Positions 40,338-51,106 of a DNA stretch of 64,000 bases are shown one piece after another (the first letter of the stretch is position 1; each line of letters opens with the position of its first letter). Below the pieces are notes generated by a model. The model saw only the letters and a program-made list of their open reading frames with translations. It did not search any database and was not told where the DNA came from. Position numbers and translations under genes: made by a program. The stretch is from Pseudomonadota bacterium. GTDB lineage: Bacteria; Pseudomonadota; Gammaproteobacteria; JAKAQQ01. The DNA lies in NCBI GenBank assembly GCA_021798115.1, contig JAJZYM010000001.1, positions 44,421 through 108,420 of the forward strand, written 5' to 3'.

Positions 40338-42485
40338 TCAGTGGACGGCGTGCAGGCTGGAGCTCAGAATTTTCGGGGTTACGAAAACGAGCAGCTCCGC
40401 CTTGTCGTTTTGCACTTGGACACTGCGGAACAACCAGCCAAGGAGGGGAATATCACCCAGCAGCGGAACCTTGTCGACCGTGCGGTTGCGGGTGGTCTCG
40501 TAAATGCCGCCAAGGACAACCGTGTCACCGTTGTCAACAAGCACTTGGGTGTGAACCGAACGCGTGTCGATGGCGGGGACTTCACCTCCTGTCCCAGTCG
40601 GAACCTCCTGCCCGACCGTGTCGTTGCGGACCTCAATGGCCATAACGATACGGTTGTCCGGTGTGATTTGCGGAGTCACCTCGAGTCGGAGAACAGCTTT
40701 TTTGAACGCCACAGCGGTCGCTCCGCTTGACGCGGCTTCCTGATAAGGAATCTCGACACCTTGCTCAATCAGCGCCTTTTGCTGATCCGCGGTGATCACT
40801 CTCGGGCTCGAAACGACTTCCCCAAGCCCTTGCGACTGCAGGGCCGAAAGTTCCAGATTGACGAGGTAATCGGAGTTCAAAATGCCCACAGCGAGCGTTC
40901 CCACAGGATTGGTGGCCGGAACGTTGACGCTCAGTTGATCGTTGAGCGCCGGAGGCGTAAGAGGGAAAAACGATCCCGTGCTGTTGTAGTTGGTCAGCGC
41001 GGACTGCTGGATCGTATTGTTGCCGTTGAGATCACCGGACGTGGTGAGCAGGCTCTGTGACCCAAGCTGGTGCACACCGGCGAGACCAATCTGGGCACCA
41101 AGCGCCCGGGTAAAGGTGTCGTTCGCCACGACGATCCGGGAAGAGATGAGAACCTGTTTCACAGGAATGTCGAGCGCACGCACCATGCGACGGACCGCGT
41201 GCAAACGCGCGCGCGTGTCGCGCACGATCAGCATGTTGGTCCGAGGATCAACGGAGACGCTGCCGCGGTGACCCAGCAGATTTTTCTCGCCCTGAATGAG
41301 CGAGGCCAGAGCCCCCGCCTTGGCATAGTTGATCGGGATGAAGGTGGTGTGCAACGGACTCAACGCAGCCAGAGTGCTCGCCGACTGGGCTTCGAGTCGG
41401 GCTCGCTGGGCCAACACCGCTGCCGGGCCGACCATAACCACGTTGCCCTGGCGGATCATCGTGAGTCCTTCGGTCTCCAGAATGATGTGAAGCGCTTGAT
41501 CCCACGGAACATCGTGCAGGCGCAGCGTGATGTGGCCGTGCACATCGTCCGCAACCACCATATTCAGCTTGCTGACATCGGCCAAAATCTGCAGCACCGC
41601 ACGGACGGGAATGCTCTGGAAGTCGAGGCTGATGCGCCGCCCGGTAAACACGCTCTGGCGGAGACGGGCCAAAGCCGCCGCCGTGAGCGGCTTCAGTTCC
41701 ACCGCAAAAACACGGTTGGTTTGGAAGGCCAGCTGCTGAAAATGACCGACACCCCGGATTCGGATCTCGGCCGCTCCGTCTGGCAGCTGTCGGGCGCTGA
41801 AGGAGCGAACAGGCGTGGCAAAATCCGTCACGAGGTAGCGCCGGCGCAGATTGCGCCTGAGATGCGTGTGCGGAAAGAGGACGGTCAGCCGGTTCCCGAC
41901 TTGGTGGACGAGACCGGTCACGGACGACGAGCTGAGACGAACATAGATCCGCCCCGCACCGTAGGCCGTGCGGCGGAACCGGAGACTCAGGATGCGGGTG
42001 ATCAAGGACGGAGCCGTTGGTGATACGGCGGAGGGTTGAGACGCGGCGAGAGCGGCAACCTGGACGCGGGACGCGCGTCCGAGCGTGAGATCGATGTCTT
42101 GTCCGTGCACGGACAAACGGTAGGGCACCATCCGCCTGAGATTCACCACAACACGTGTCCGCACCCCCTGCGCGGCCAGCATGACGTTCCGCACCACCCC
42201 AATGTGGATCGGTTCAATTTCGTGGTGAACCGCAAGGCGCATGGCCGATAGGTCCAGCGCTACGTACGGAGGATTGATCACCGAGAAGGCAAAGGGACGA
42301 GACAGCCTGCCTTGCACGTGGAGCACAATGCGCACCCGGTTGCCGCTCAGACCGAAAGCGTGGACCGCGGTCAAGGTCCCAGCGACGGGAGCCGCCCACA
42401 CAGGCGCGGTCACGAGAGCCGAGGAAAGAAGCAGCGAACCGCCGATCGTCCACCACCCTCGTGCCGAAGAAATGCGAAGCGCCAT
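40338..42485 (-). CDS. pilQ: type IVa pilus secretin PilQ
   Basis: 715 aa with N-terminal AMIN/N0-N1 domains and a secretin C-domain (...TNMLIVRDTRARLHAVRRMVRALDIPVKQVLISSRIV... ...VPLLGDIPLLGWLFRS...VFVTPKIL). Confidence 0.9.
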   Translation of the reverse strand: MALRISSARGWWTIGGSLLLSSALVTAPVWAAPVAGTLTAVHAFGLSGNRVRIVLHVQGRLSRPFAFSVINPPYVALDLSAMRLAVHHEIEPIHIGVVRNVMLAAQGVRTRVVVNLRRMVPYRLSVHGQDIDLTLGRASRVQVAALAASQPSAVSPTAPSLITRILSLRFRRTAYGAGRIYVRLSSSSVTGLVHQVGNRLTVLFPHTHLRRNLRRRYLVTDFATPVRSFSARQLPDGAAEIRIRGVGHFQQLAFQTNRVFAVELKPLTAAALARLRQSVFTGRRISLDFQSIPVRAVLQILADVSKLNMVVADDVHGHITLRLHDVPWDQALHIILETEGLTMIRQGNVVMVGPAAVLAQRARLEAQSASTLAALSPLHTTFIPINYAKAGALASLIQGEKNLLGHRGSVSVDPRTNMLIVRDTRARLHAVRRMVRALDIPVKQVLISSRIVVANDTFTRALGAQIGLAGVHQLGSQSLLTTSGDLNGNNTIQQSALTNYNSTGSFFPLTPPALNDQLSVNVPATNPVGTLAVGILNSDYLVNLELSALQSQGLGEVVSSPRVITADQQKALIEQGVEIPYQEAASSGATAVAFKKAVLRLEVTPQITPDNRIVMAIEVRNDTVGQEVPTGTGGEVPAIDTRSVHTQVLVDNGDTVVLGGIYETTRNRTVDKVPLLGDIPLLGWLFRSVQVQNDKAELLVFVTPKILSSSLHAVH

Positions 42486-42491
42486 GGCCGG

Positions 42492-43022
42492 TTATCCTCC
42501 TGACGTTGTCGATAAGGGCATAAAGACGCGTGTCACGACCCATCCTCCCGTGCCGTTGGCGAGAATCTCTCTCAGCACAAGGCCGTTGGGATGGATGGCG
42601 ACAATCTTGCCGTCGTTCTGCCCGAGGTAATTGCCGTAGGTCACACGATGGACGATCCCGTGCGGATCCTGCACAAGCGCGTAGATGTCTTTCCCCACAT
42701 GAAGCGTTCCGACGAGCTTGAGACTGTCTAGCGGGAAGCGCTCGAGATACTGACGGGGCCGGTTCGGGTTGGGGCGCACCGCCGAGGGCAACGCGCGGAT
42801 GCTGGGGACAAACGGCGAGCGCAAGAGCTCGGCGGAGAACGCCGGTGGGTGATACGGCGCCGGCTGTGGCACGGGCGCGAGAGGGGCGGGCGGAGCGTTT
42901 TCGACACGATGCACCCAGGCGCGCAAACTTTCCCCACCGCCTCCGCAGGCAGCCAAAGGCAGTACCAAGGCGAGAACCATCGCCGCCCGAGTGCCGAGTG
43001 CACGGAAACGCCTTACGCTCAC
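42492..43022 (-). CDS. pilP: type IV pilus assembly lipoprotein PilP
   Basis: 176 aa with the lipobox LPLAACGG. Its position between pilO and pilQ fits PilP. Confidence 0.75.
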   Translation of the reverse strand: MSVRRFRALGTRAAMVLALVLPLAACGGGGESLRAWVHRVENAPPAPLAPVPQPAPYHPPAFSAELLRSPFVPSIRALPSAVRPNPNRPRQYLERFPLDSLKLVGTLHVGKDIYALVQDPHGIVHRVTYGNYLGQNDGKIVAIHPNGLVLREILANGTGGWVVTRVFMPLSTTSGG

Positions 43023-43663
43023 GGCCGTCTCCCGGGAAGGGGGCGACGCAAGGACGCGTGATGGAGATAACGGTACGTCAAAGCAAGAACGCGCATGTGT
43101 AGGAGGGCAGCATCGCCGTGAACGGGAGCGAGGTGAAGATCCGCGAGCGTGACTACGCGCGGCAGTGCCGCCACGTCGGACACGAACTTGCCAATCTCCT
43201 GGTAAGTTCCGGTGTACTCCATGGCGATCGGTTGCTCCGCATAAAACGCTTTGCGTACCTGATGCTCCGGCTTGAAGAGTTTCTGATTGAGACCGTCGAG
43301 CTGGGCCGTCGTCGAAATATCGCGCAACAGCGTCGGGATCTGATCCCGGCTGGGCAACTGGGCCAAAAGCACGCCGTAGGTCCGACGCATCGCCTTGAGC
43401 TGCCTGCGGTACGCGGGCAATTCACGAGCGAGCTGTGCTTTGGATACGAAGGCCTGCCGCAGCACCAGCTCTTCACGCCGCGCGGCATGCAGGCGGGTGA
43501 GTTCCCCGTGGACAATGAGGAAATATCCGAGGAGCAAAACCCCCACAAACATCAGAACGAGTGAAACCAGGCGGACCGCCGGCGGCCAGGACGCCAGATC
43601 CCGTGGATTGAGTTCACGAAGGTCAAGCGCTTTGAGTTCATCCCAAAACTCACGCATGTTCAT
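43019..43663 (-). CDS. pilO: type IV pilus assembly protein PilO
   Basis: 214 aa with a single N-terminal TM segment and a coiled coil. Position and ATGA coupling are consistent with PilO. Confidence 0.8.
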   Translation of the reverse strand: MNMREFWDELKALDLRELNPRDLASWPPAVRLVSLVLMFVGVLLLGYFLIVHGELTRLHAARREELVLRQAFVSKAQLARELPAYRRQLKAMRRTYGVLLAQLPSRDQIPTLLRDISTTAQLDGLNQKLFKPEHQVRKAFYAEQPIAMEYTGTYQEIGKFVSDVAALPRVVTLADLHLAPVHGDAALLHMRVLALTYRYLHHASLRRPLPGRRP

Positions 43664-44271
43664 GGTTCGCGTCCTCCCGGCCCGTGTCCCCCATTTCGGG
43701 AGGTTTTTTGCAGGAACGCCTTGTTGATCAGTTTGGTGCTGACCACGAAACGGCTACGGCGAAGCCCCGAAGCGCCGTAGGTGGCCACAATGCTCAGTCG
43801 CGGACGGCCAAACCATGTCGATCGGGCAATGCGGCGCATGTAGGTGGAAACCCGCGCCGGAGACTGGGCGACACCGTGGATAACCACCACACCTGCCGGA
43901 GTTTCATCCACTTTCTCGATGAAGACGCCGGAAGGCAGTGTCTTCACAAGCTGATTCATCAGATGAACCATGAGCGGTCGATCCGCCTGAAGTCGCTCAA
44001 TGACGCGGATACGATTGACGAGCCGCTCCCGCTCCTGGCGAAGATGGTTGACCGCGCCGATCTTCTGCACCAGAAGCCCCGTCTGCCTTCTGAGATAACG
44101 ATTCCGCGCATTCTGGCTCGACACCATGCCGGCGACTTCAAGGCGCAGGAGGAAAGCCAGTCCCACGGCCACCACCGCTACGCCGACGAGGATGCGTTGG
44201 AAGCGTCGCGCTTCTTCCAAGCGCTTTTTTTCACGGTACGGGAGAAGATTGATCCGCGGCACGAGGGTCAC
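43660..44271 (-). CDS. pilN: type IV pilus assembly protein PilN
   Basis: MTLVPRINLLPYREKKR... is the PilN N-terminal motif, followed by a single TM segment. Confidence 0.8.
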   Translation of the reverse strand: MTLVPRINLLPYREKKRLEEARRFQRILVGVAVVAVGLAFLLRLEVAGMVSSQNARNRYLRRQTGLLVQKIGAVNHLRQERERLVNRIRVIERLQADRPLMVHLMNQLVKTLPSGVFIEKVDETPAGVVVIHGVAQSPARVSTYMRRIARSTWFGRPRLSIVATYGASGLRRSRFVVSTKLINKAFLQKTSRNGGHGPGGREP

Positions 44272-45329
44272 TCGAAGGGTCGGAGCGAAAGGCCACAGGC
44301 AACGACCAGCGTCGACGCCTCCCGCTCCACGAGGTTGTTCCGAGCCTGAGCCGAGACGTTCAGGCCGCTCAGGAGGTCAACGATGGAAACCGGCAGTTCC
44401 AGTCTCGCGGTAAGCAGGCGATCGATGCCCTCAATCTGAGCCGAACCACCGCAGAGAAGCAGCTGATCGAGCGCGGGAAGATCGGCAACCGCGCTGCGCG
44501 CGAACTGGTAGGCCTGCTGAATCTGATGCGCAAGCTCGTCCACGAACGGGCCCACGAGTTCGTTGAGGTGACGTCCGTCCCCTCCCCCCTGGCGTTTCAG
44601 GCGTCCTGCCTCTTCATAACTCAGGTTGTAGCGCCTCATGATTTCTTCGGTCAAGAATTTGCCACCAAAGTTCTGGTCGCGCGTATAGGTGATGCGTCCG
44701 TTTTGCAGAATGTTGAACGTGGTGCTCGTCGCACCGCAATCGACCACAGCAAGCGTCCGACCACGGCCCTCGTCCCGCATCTGTCGGCGAAAGAGGACCG
44801 ACGCCCGATCGAGCGCGTAGGGCTCGATCTCGACCGCCACAGGTTCGAGCCCCGCCACTTCAAAGACGGCCTCCCTCTTCTCCACGTACACACGTCGTGT
44901 CGCCACAACGAGAATATCGTGGTGCGCCGGATCGCCCGGGCGCGGGCCGAGAATCTCGTAATCAAAACTCGTCTCGTTGGTGGGGGCTGAAACAAAATCA
45001 CCGACCTGTAACTCGATCTGATCGTGCCTCTGCTCATCGGTCAGATCGGCCGGCAGTACAATGGTGCGGACGATGGCGTGCGCCCCCGAGATGGCCGTGG
45101 CGCCCTTGCGCAGGCGTGCGCCCGAACGTCGGACGGCCCGCCGGACGATCTCCCCGACCTGCTCGGCGTCCTCGATCACTTTATCGTTGATAAGCTGGGG
45201 GGGCATGGGTTCGGCGGCGTAGTGTTCGAGACGGTAGCTCCGACCATCACGGACCACGACCGCAACCTTGACGGAGGATGTGCTGATGTCGATCCCGAGG
45301 ATGGGTGAGTTTGATTTTCTGTGGAACAC
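44268..45329 (-). CDS. pilM: type IV pilus assembly ATPase-like protein PilM
   Basis: ILGIDISTSSVKVAVV... shows an actin-like fold at 353 aa. It is the first gene of pilMNOPQ. Confidence 0.9.
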   Translation of the reverse strand: MFHRKSNSPILGIDISTSSVKVAVVVRDGRSYRLEHYAAEPMPPQLINDKVIEDAEQVGEIVRRAVRRSGARLRKGATAISGAHAIVRTIVLPADLTDEQRHDQIELQVGDFVSAPTNETSFDYEILGPRPGDPAHHDILVVATRRVYVEKREAVFEVAGLEPVAVEIEPYALDRASVLFRRQMRDEGRGRTLAVVDCGATSTTFNILQNGRITYTRDQNFGGKFLTEEIMRRYNLSYEEAGRLKRQGGGDGRHLNELVGPFVDELAHQIQQAYQFARSAVADLPALDQLLLCGGSAQIEGIDRLLTARLELPVSIVDLLSGLNVSAQARNNLVEREASTLVVACGLSLRPFE

Positions 45330-45428
45330 GGTCGTGGGCTCTTGGTCCTATCTCTATGAATACCCTAAGGTTGGACGAACGAGTTTTCTCTTTCCCTTAA
45401 CATCTCGGCCTTAACTATAGCGCATTCC

Positions 45429-47918
45429 ATGGCTTTGTCAAACCGCCGCCCACCCGACCCGCCCCGGAGAGGACTGGGACCCCGGCTCCGCCGGGGACTC
45501 CTCGCCGGCTCCCTGGCATTCCTGTTGCTCGCTTTCGTCGGCGTCGCCGCCACCGCTTCGGTTTATTTCTGGGTGGCCCCCAGTCTGCCCTCCCTGGCGC
45601 TCCTCCGCCACATCGAGCTTCAGGCTCCGCTACGAATCTACTCACGACACGGAGGACTCATCGCCGAGTTCGGCAACGAGCGTCGCCGTCCGCTCGCTTA
45701 CCACCAGTTGCCACCACTGCTGATCGACGCTTTTTTGGCGGCTGAAGACGCCCGATTTTTCGCACACCCCGGGATCAGCGTGCTCGGCCTCACACGGGCA
45801 GCCATCCATCTTGTGCTCACCGGACACAAGACTCAAGGGGGGGGAACCATCAGCATGCAGGTGGCCCGCAACTATTTTCTCGGCCACCAGAAAACCTACA
45901 TCCGCAAGATCCGTGAGGTGTTCCTCTCGCTGCGCCTGGCCCACGATTTCAGCAAAGAGGAAGTGCTCCGACTCTACCTCAACAAAATCTATTTCGGCAA
46001 TCACGCCTACGGCATCGGCGCGGCGGCGGACGTGTACTACGGAACTCGCGTGAGCCGTCTCACCCTGCCCGAAATGGCTTTGCTCGCCGGATTGCCGCAG
46101 GCCCCTTCGCTGGACAACCCTGCGGCCAGCCCCCGGCGGGCCCGGGCCCGCCGGGCCTACGTCCTTGGACGTATGCTCAAGCTCGGCTACATCAACCGCA
46201 CGATGTACCGAGCCGCCATGAACGCTCCGATCCGGGTGCATCTGCACGGCCCGCACAGCGTTGTCCATGCCCCCTATGTCGCCGCCATGGTTCTTCAGTA
46301 CATGGATCACCGGTTCGGTAAGGCGGCCACCACCCTCGGCTACGATGTCGTGACCACACTGTCCGCGCGCCTTCAGCACGAAGCCAACGTGGCCTACAGA
46401 CGCGACCTCGAGGCTTACGGGCGGGTCTACGGTTACCGGGGGCCATCGGGGAGGGTGGGCGATCCGCGCACACTCTCTGCCCGCGCACGCCGACAAGCGC
46501 TACGACGCCTGACCCGCATTCACGGCTTACACCGGGCTTTGGTTGTCAACGTCTCCCCCCACTCCGCATCGGCAGTAACACGCCGTGGTCTTGTCCATCT
46601 CAACTGGGCTGCCCTGTCCTGGGCCCGTCCGTTCCACGGGGTCTCACACGTTTCCCCCCCACTCACGAGCGCGCGCCAGGCCCTCACCCCGGGCGATCTG
46701 ATTTATGTCATGCGCAACGGGGCCGGCCACTGGATCCTGGCCCAAATTCCCTGGGCTGAAGGGGGGCTCGTCTCCCTCGATCCGAAAGACGGAGCTGTGA
46801 GGGCTCTGGTTGGAGGGTTCTCCTATCGCCTCAGCAACTTCAACCGTGTCACCGAAGCCTATCGCCAGCCGGGATCTTCGTTCAAACCGTTCGTCTACTC
46901 GGCGGCGCTGCATTGGGGCATGACCCCGGCCACAGTCATCAATGACGCACCCATCGTCGTCGCGAACGCGCGCCGTGAGAACATCTGGAAGCCGGGCAAC
47001 TACACCGGACGCTTCTTCGGGCCGACCCGCCTGCGCGTCGCTTTGGCCCGTTCGCGCAATCTCGTGTCCGTACGCCTGCTGGACGACATCGGCGTGGACT
47101 ACGCCCTGAACTACATACGCCGCTTCGGCTTCAACCCCGATCGTCTCCCACACGATCTCACACTCGTCCTCGGAAGCGCCGATGTCACCCCGTGGACCAT
47201 GGCTCGGGGATACGCCGTATTTGCCAACGGTGGCTTCCTTGTGGCTCCTTACTTCATCAGCGCCGTAAGAACCGCAACCGGGGTTCCGGTCCTCCTTGCC
47301 GACCCGCAGCAGGCCTGTCCACGTTGCGCTCTCCAGGCTCCGGGAGCCACCAAAAAACAGAAGGGCTCCATCAAAATCGACGCCATTAATCCCGATCCTC
47401 CACGGCATCCCCACGTCCTCGTGCTCCCGTCCGAGCTCCACCCCCGTATCGCTCCGCGCGTGATCACGCCTCAGAATGCTTATCTAATTACCAGCATGAT
47501 GCAGTCGGTGATCCAGTTCGGTACCGGCGTCGGGGCTCAATCCCTCCATCGTGTCGACCTGGCGGGCAAGACCGGGACGACCAACAACTACGTGGATGCC
47601 TGGTTCGGAGGGTTCGATCCTTATTTGGTCACCCTGGTCTATGTCGGCCGAGACGATAACAAAACCTTGGGCTACGGTCAGGTCGGGGCTTTCGCCGCCC
47701 TCCCGATGTGGATTGATTTCATGGGACCGGCCCTGGCGGACCGACCCGACCTGCCCTACGCGCCCCCACCGGGAATCGTCGTTGCGCGCATCGACACACG
47801 GACGGGTCTCCGCTGCGGCCCGAGCGACCCGCACACGATGTTCGAGGTCTTTGAAGCCGGAAAACTCCCTGCACTTTGTTCCAGCCCTCACCGTCACCGA
47901 CACCACCATATTTTTTGA
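45429..47918 (+). CDS. mrcA: penicillin-binding protein 1A (bifunctional transglycosylase/transpeptidase)
   Basis: Transglycosylase motifs (EDARFFAHPGISVLGL, GGTISMQVARNYFL, RKIREVF) and a transpeptidase domain (SSFKPF, KTGTTN). It is divergent from pilM, as in Pseudomonas and Neisseria. Confidence 0.9.
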   Translation: MALSNRRPPDPPRRGLGPRLRRGLLAGSLAFLLLAFVGVAATASVYFWVAPSLPSLALLRHIELQAPLRIYSRHGGLIAEFGNERRRPLAYHQLPPLLIDAFLAAEDARFFAHPGISVLGLTRAAIHLVLTGHKTQGGGTISMQVARNYFLGHQKTYIRKIREVFLSLRLAHDFSKEEVLRLYLNKIYFGNHAYGIGAAADVYYGTRVSRLTLPEMALLAGLPQAPSLDNPAASPRRARARRAYVLGRMLKLGYINRTMYRAAMNAPIRVHLHGPHSVVHAPYVAAMVLQYMDHRFGKAATTLGYDVVTTLSARLQHEANVAYRRDLEAYGRVYGYRGPSGRVGDPRTLSARARRQALRRLTRIHGLHRALVVNVSPHSASAVTRRGLVHLNWAALSWARPFHGVSHVSPPLTSARQALTPGDLIYVMRNGAGHWILAQIPWAEGGLVSLDPKDGAVRALVGGFSYRLSNFNRVTEAYRQPGSSFKPFVYSAALHWGMTPATVINDAPIVVANARRENIWKPGNYTGRFFGPTRLRVALARSRNLVSVRLLDDIGVDYALNYIRRFGFNPDRLPHDLTLVLGSADVTPWTMARGYAVFANGGFLVAPYFISAVRTATGVPVLLADPQQACPRCALQAPGATKKQKGSIKIDAINPDPPRHPHVLVLPSELHPRIAPRVITPQNAYLITSMMQSVIQFGTGVGAQSLHRVDLAGKTGTTNNYVDAWFGGFDPYLVTLVYVGRDDNKTLGYGQVGAFAALPMWIDFMGPALADRPDLPYAPPPGIVVARIDTRTGLRCGPSDPHTMFEVFEAGKLPALCSSPHRHRHHHIF

Positions 47919-47988
47919 CTTTCGTCTCGCCCTCGTTCATCACGAGTACAATGCAGGAATCGTGAGACGCGGGAGTTTTCCCATTCCA

Positions 47989-48600
47989 ATGAGTCGTCGG
48001 CGCTTGCAGCGCGCCACGAGCGCCCGTCGTCAGGCCATCGCCGACGAGGCGGCGCGCCTCATGCTCGACCACGGGATCGCCGACTACGGATTGGCAAAAC
48101 GTAAGGCCGCGGTGGCGTTTGGCGAACCTCCTCACGGGATTCACCTCCCCACAAACGAAGAAATCGAATCCGCCCGCCATCTGCGCCAGAGTCTCTACAC
48201 TCCGGACGCTCCCGTCAGGGTCGAACAGCTGCGTCGCCTTGCTCTCCGGGTAATGAATTTTTTGCACCCTCTCAGGAGTGCCCTCACAGGGGACGCGCTG
48301 CGGGGCATCGTGACAGCTCAAAGCAGACTCGAACTGCACGTCTTTTGCCAAACTCCCGAAGAAGTGGCCTTGCACCTGCTCGACAAAGGTCTTCCGTACG
48401 AGCTTCAGAACCGTCGCTACCGCTTCCCTCGTTACGAGACATCGCTCACCACGTTCGTTTTTGCTTACGACGGCTGTCCTGTTGTGCTCACACCGTTCAC
48501 GGAAGAAGAGCGTCAATCGCCGCTCTCCCCTCTCGACGGACAGCCCTACCCGCGTGCGGACCGACGGGCCCTCCTTCTGCTCCTCGAGCGCGGGGCTTAA
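47989..48600 (+). CDS. hypothetical protein
   Basis: ATG at 47989 with a TAA stop, 203 aa of mixed charged and hydrophobic composition and reasonable GC3. The overlapping minus-strand ORF 47719..48723 looks like an antisense artefact. Confidence 0.4.
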   Translation: MSRRRLQRATSARRQAIADEAARLMLDHGIADYGLAKRKAAVAFGEPPHGIHLPTNEEIESARHLRQSLYTPDAPVRVEQLRRLALRVMNFLHPLRSALTGDALRGIVTAQSRLELHVFCQTPEEVALHLLDKGLPYELQNRRYRFPRYETSLTTFVFAYDGCPVVLTPFTEEERQSPLSPLDGQPYPRADRRALLLLLERGA

Positions 48601-48643
48601 CTTTATCGAACCCGCCTCATCCGGAACAAAGCCACGCTGCGAA

Positions 48644-49960
48644 TCAGTTCTTCGCCTCCCGCGCTTCGAGCGGACGATAGCTGCGCGGGCCTGACCCGAT
48701 GTAAATCTGTCGTGGGCGACCAATGCGTTGTTCCGGGTCCCGGATCATCTCTTGCCAATGAGCCACCCAGCCGACAGTCCTTGCGACGGCGAACATGGCG
48801 GTGAACATGCTGGTCGGGATGCCAAGTGCACGGTAGATAATTCCAGAATAGAAATCGACGTTCGGATAGAGTTTGCGCTCAATGAAGTAATCGTCCTTGA
48901 GAGCGATCTCCTCAAGCCTCTGGGCCAGCTCGAGCAGAGGATCGTGATCGTCACCCAGTCGGGTCAAGACGCGATGAGCGGCCTCGCGAATAATCCGTGC
49001 GCGTGGGTCGTAGTTCTTATAGACACGATGACCAAAGCCCATCAACCGGAAGGGATCGTTCTTGTCTTTGGCCCGTCCCAAAAACTTGGGGATATTCGCC
49101 ACGGTACCGATGTCCTGAAGCATGTTGATCACAGCCTCGTTGGCACCTCCGTGCGCAGGTCCCCACAGGCAAGCGATCCCGGCGGCAATGGCGGCGTAAG
49201 GATTGGTCCCTGAGCTTCCGGCCAGGCGGACCGTCGAAGTGCTGGCATTCTGTTCGTGGTCGGCATGGAGGACGAACAGGAGATCGAGAGCCTGAGCCGC
49301 AACCGGATCGACGGTGTAGGACTCACTGGGGACCGCGAAGAACATGTGCAGCAGATTTTCGGCGTACCCAAGATCGTTCCGCGGATAGACAAAAGGCTGC
49401 CCGACCATATGTTTGTAGGCGGCCGCGGCGATGGTGGGTATCTTGGCCAAGATGCGGGCAGCAAAAAGGTGCTGCTTGGCCGGATCACGATAGTCGCCAT
49501 CACCGGGGTAGAACGCCGATAGCGAACCCACCGCCCCTGTCAACATCGCCATGGGATGAGCATCGTGATGAAAGCCGTTGAAGAAACGAAGAAGGCTCTC
49601 ATTGATCAGCGTATGGTGAACAATTTCGTGCTCGAACTCCCGAAGCTGCGAAGCCGTTGGCAGATCCCCGTTGAGGATGAGGTAGGCCACTTCCAGGAAG
49701 TGGCTTCGTTCGGCCAGCTCCTCCACCGGGTATCCACGGTACAGAAGAACCCCCTGGTCACCATCGATATAGGTGATGGCGCTCGTGCACGAGGCCGTGG
49801 ATCCAAAGCCAGGGTCGTAAGTGAATAGCCCATGATCGGCGTAAAGCCTGCCGATTTCAAGCGCGGAGGGACCGAGTGTGCCGTGACGCAGAGGGAGATC
49901 GATTACCCCACTTCCACCCGTGGGCTTGAGGGATTGTGTCTCGGATTTTCTGTCGACCAT
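48644..49960 (-). CDS. gltA: citrate synthase (type II)
   Basis: ...GYPVEELAE...[15 protein letters not shown]...[14 protein letters not shown]... at 438 aa. Confidence 0.9.
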   Translation of the reverse strand: MVDRKSETQSLKPTGGSGVIDLPLRHGTLGPSALEIGRLYADHGLFTYDPGFGSTASCTSAITYIDGDQGVLLYRGYPVEELAERSHFLEVAYLILNGDLPTASQLREFEHEIVHHTLINESLLRFFNGFHHDAHPMAMLTGAVGSLSAFYPGDGDYRDPAKQHLFAARILAKIPTIAAAAYKHMVGQPFVYPRNDLGYAENLLHMFFAVPSESYTVDPVAAQALDLLFVLHADHEQNASTSTVRLAGSSGTNPYAAIAAGIACLWGPAHGGANEAVINMLQDIGTVANIPKFLGRAKDKNDPFRLMGFGHRVYKNYDPRARIIREAAHRVLTRLGDDHDPLLELAQRLEEIALKDDYFIERKLYPNVDFYSGIIYRALGIPTSMFTAMFAVARTVGWVAHWQEMIRDPEQRIGRPRQIYIGSGPRSYRPLEAREAKN

Positions 49961-50063
49961 CTCACGATCCTCCGGTATGTCACAACCGTCTCAACCGTCC
50001 CGCGTCACTCTCCCAAGGGCGATGCCCCAGTGGACATCGCAAGCCGACTGCGCAGCGATGGGC

Positions 50064-50276
50064 TCAGCCAGCACCGCGAGCGTACTTGCGACGGAACTTG
50101 TCAACGCGTCCGGCAGTGTCGACAAGTTTCTGTTTCCCGGTATAAAAAGGATGGCAATTGGCACAGACTTCGATATGGAGATCGTCTTTCTCGACGGTCG
50201 AGCGTGTCGAGAAGCGTGCGCCGCAACTGCAGGTGACGTTGATGTCGTGATAAGTGGGATGAATACCGTCTTTCAT
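50064..50276 (-). CDS. rpmE: 50S ribosomal protein L31
   Basis: [50 protein letters not shown] with CxxC...CxxC zinc-ribbon form. Confidence 0.85.
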   Translation of the reverse strand: MKDGIHPTYHDINVTCSCGARFSTRSTVEKDDLHIEVCANCHPFYTGKQKLVDTAGRVDKFRRKYARGAG

Positions 50277-50497
50277 GAATGGAGCCTCAAGCCTTTTGTG
50301 CGCCAGAGTGTCCTCTGGCGTCCGACGCAAACAGGAAGATCTTCAAGGATCGCTGTGGATTATTCTACCATGACCATGCGGGGAATTGAAACGGGTTGGG
50401 GCATCCAATAATGCCCGGTTTCAAAAGGAAGGCCGAGCAGCAACCATATAAAATGGGGGCTTCATAGCTTCCCCTCCCACAGCCCCCCAATTCCATC

Positions 50498-50887
50498 ATG
50501 ACCAAGGCATTACTGCATTCTTCCTCTCCCGTCGGGCTTGAAGCCACTGATCCCGATCAACTACGAACCCTCGTAATCGAGGAGTCTCTTACCGCCGTTG
50601 AGCGGATCAACCGCTATCTTCTGCAGCTCCTCCATGAGGATCATGCCCGCAAAGGGTTGCTGACCTCATTGACTGGCCTCAGTGACGCATCGCGTCAAGC
50701 TCTCCAGACTCTTCTCGACCGTCCCTGGGCCGAAGTGGAAGCGCGGGTCGCCCGCCTGTCTTCACCCTTGTGGCGCCTGACGGATCATCCCGGATGTTGG
50801 CAAACACTAGCCACGGGGTGTGGCAACCCCCAAGAAATGGCTTGTGTGGACGGAGGCCTCTGGCCACACCCGGCTTCGGCACCGTAA
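50498..50887 (+). CDS. hypothetical small protein (lower-GC codon usage)
   Basis: 129 aa with ATG start and TAA stop and helical-looking composition. It has no recognisable motif, and its codon usage (tta, cta, gta) is atypical for this genome. Confidence 0.3.
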   Translation: MTKALLHSSSPVGLEATDPDQLRTLVIEESLTAVERINRYLLQLLHEDHARKGLLTSLTGLSDASRQALQTLLDRPWAEVEARVARLSSPLWRLTDHPGCWQTLATGCGNPQEMACVDGGLWPHPASAP

Positions 50888-51106
50888 GAACTGGAAGTCT
50901 CCCCAGGGCTCAAGCCAAGGGCCTGCGCGGCTTGTTTGCTCAAATACGTCAGATACGAGCGACGACCGCCGACGGAACCGTGAACCGTAGACGTCTGAGT
51001 GCCTCTTGGCTTGAAGGGACCTGACACCGGATCGAAGCCCGTCCCCCCACAGCACAGCGGAGAGGACGGGCTCGATGAACCGGCGGGAAGACCCCCCACC
51101 GACGAT

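Noticed and set aside
47719-48723. 334-aa minus-strand ORF
   Set aside because: It overlaps the better-behaved plus-strand 203-aa ORF (47989..48600) and is Arg-rich with no motifs, so it is likely antisense.
50888-51106. Possible tmRNA or RNase P RNA
   Set aside because: G-rich stretches and a TCGA-containing segment suggested a T-arm. No GGUUCGAAUCC-type loop, acceptor stem plus CCA, or tag-peptide reading frame could be built on either strand.
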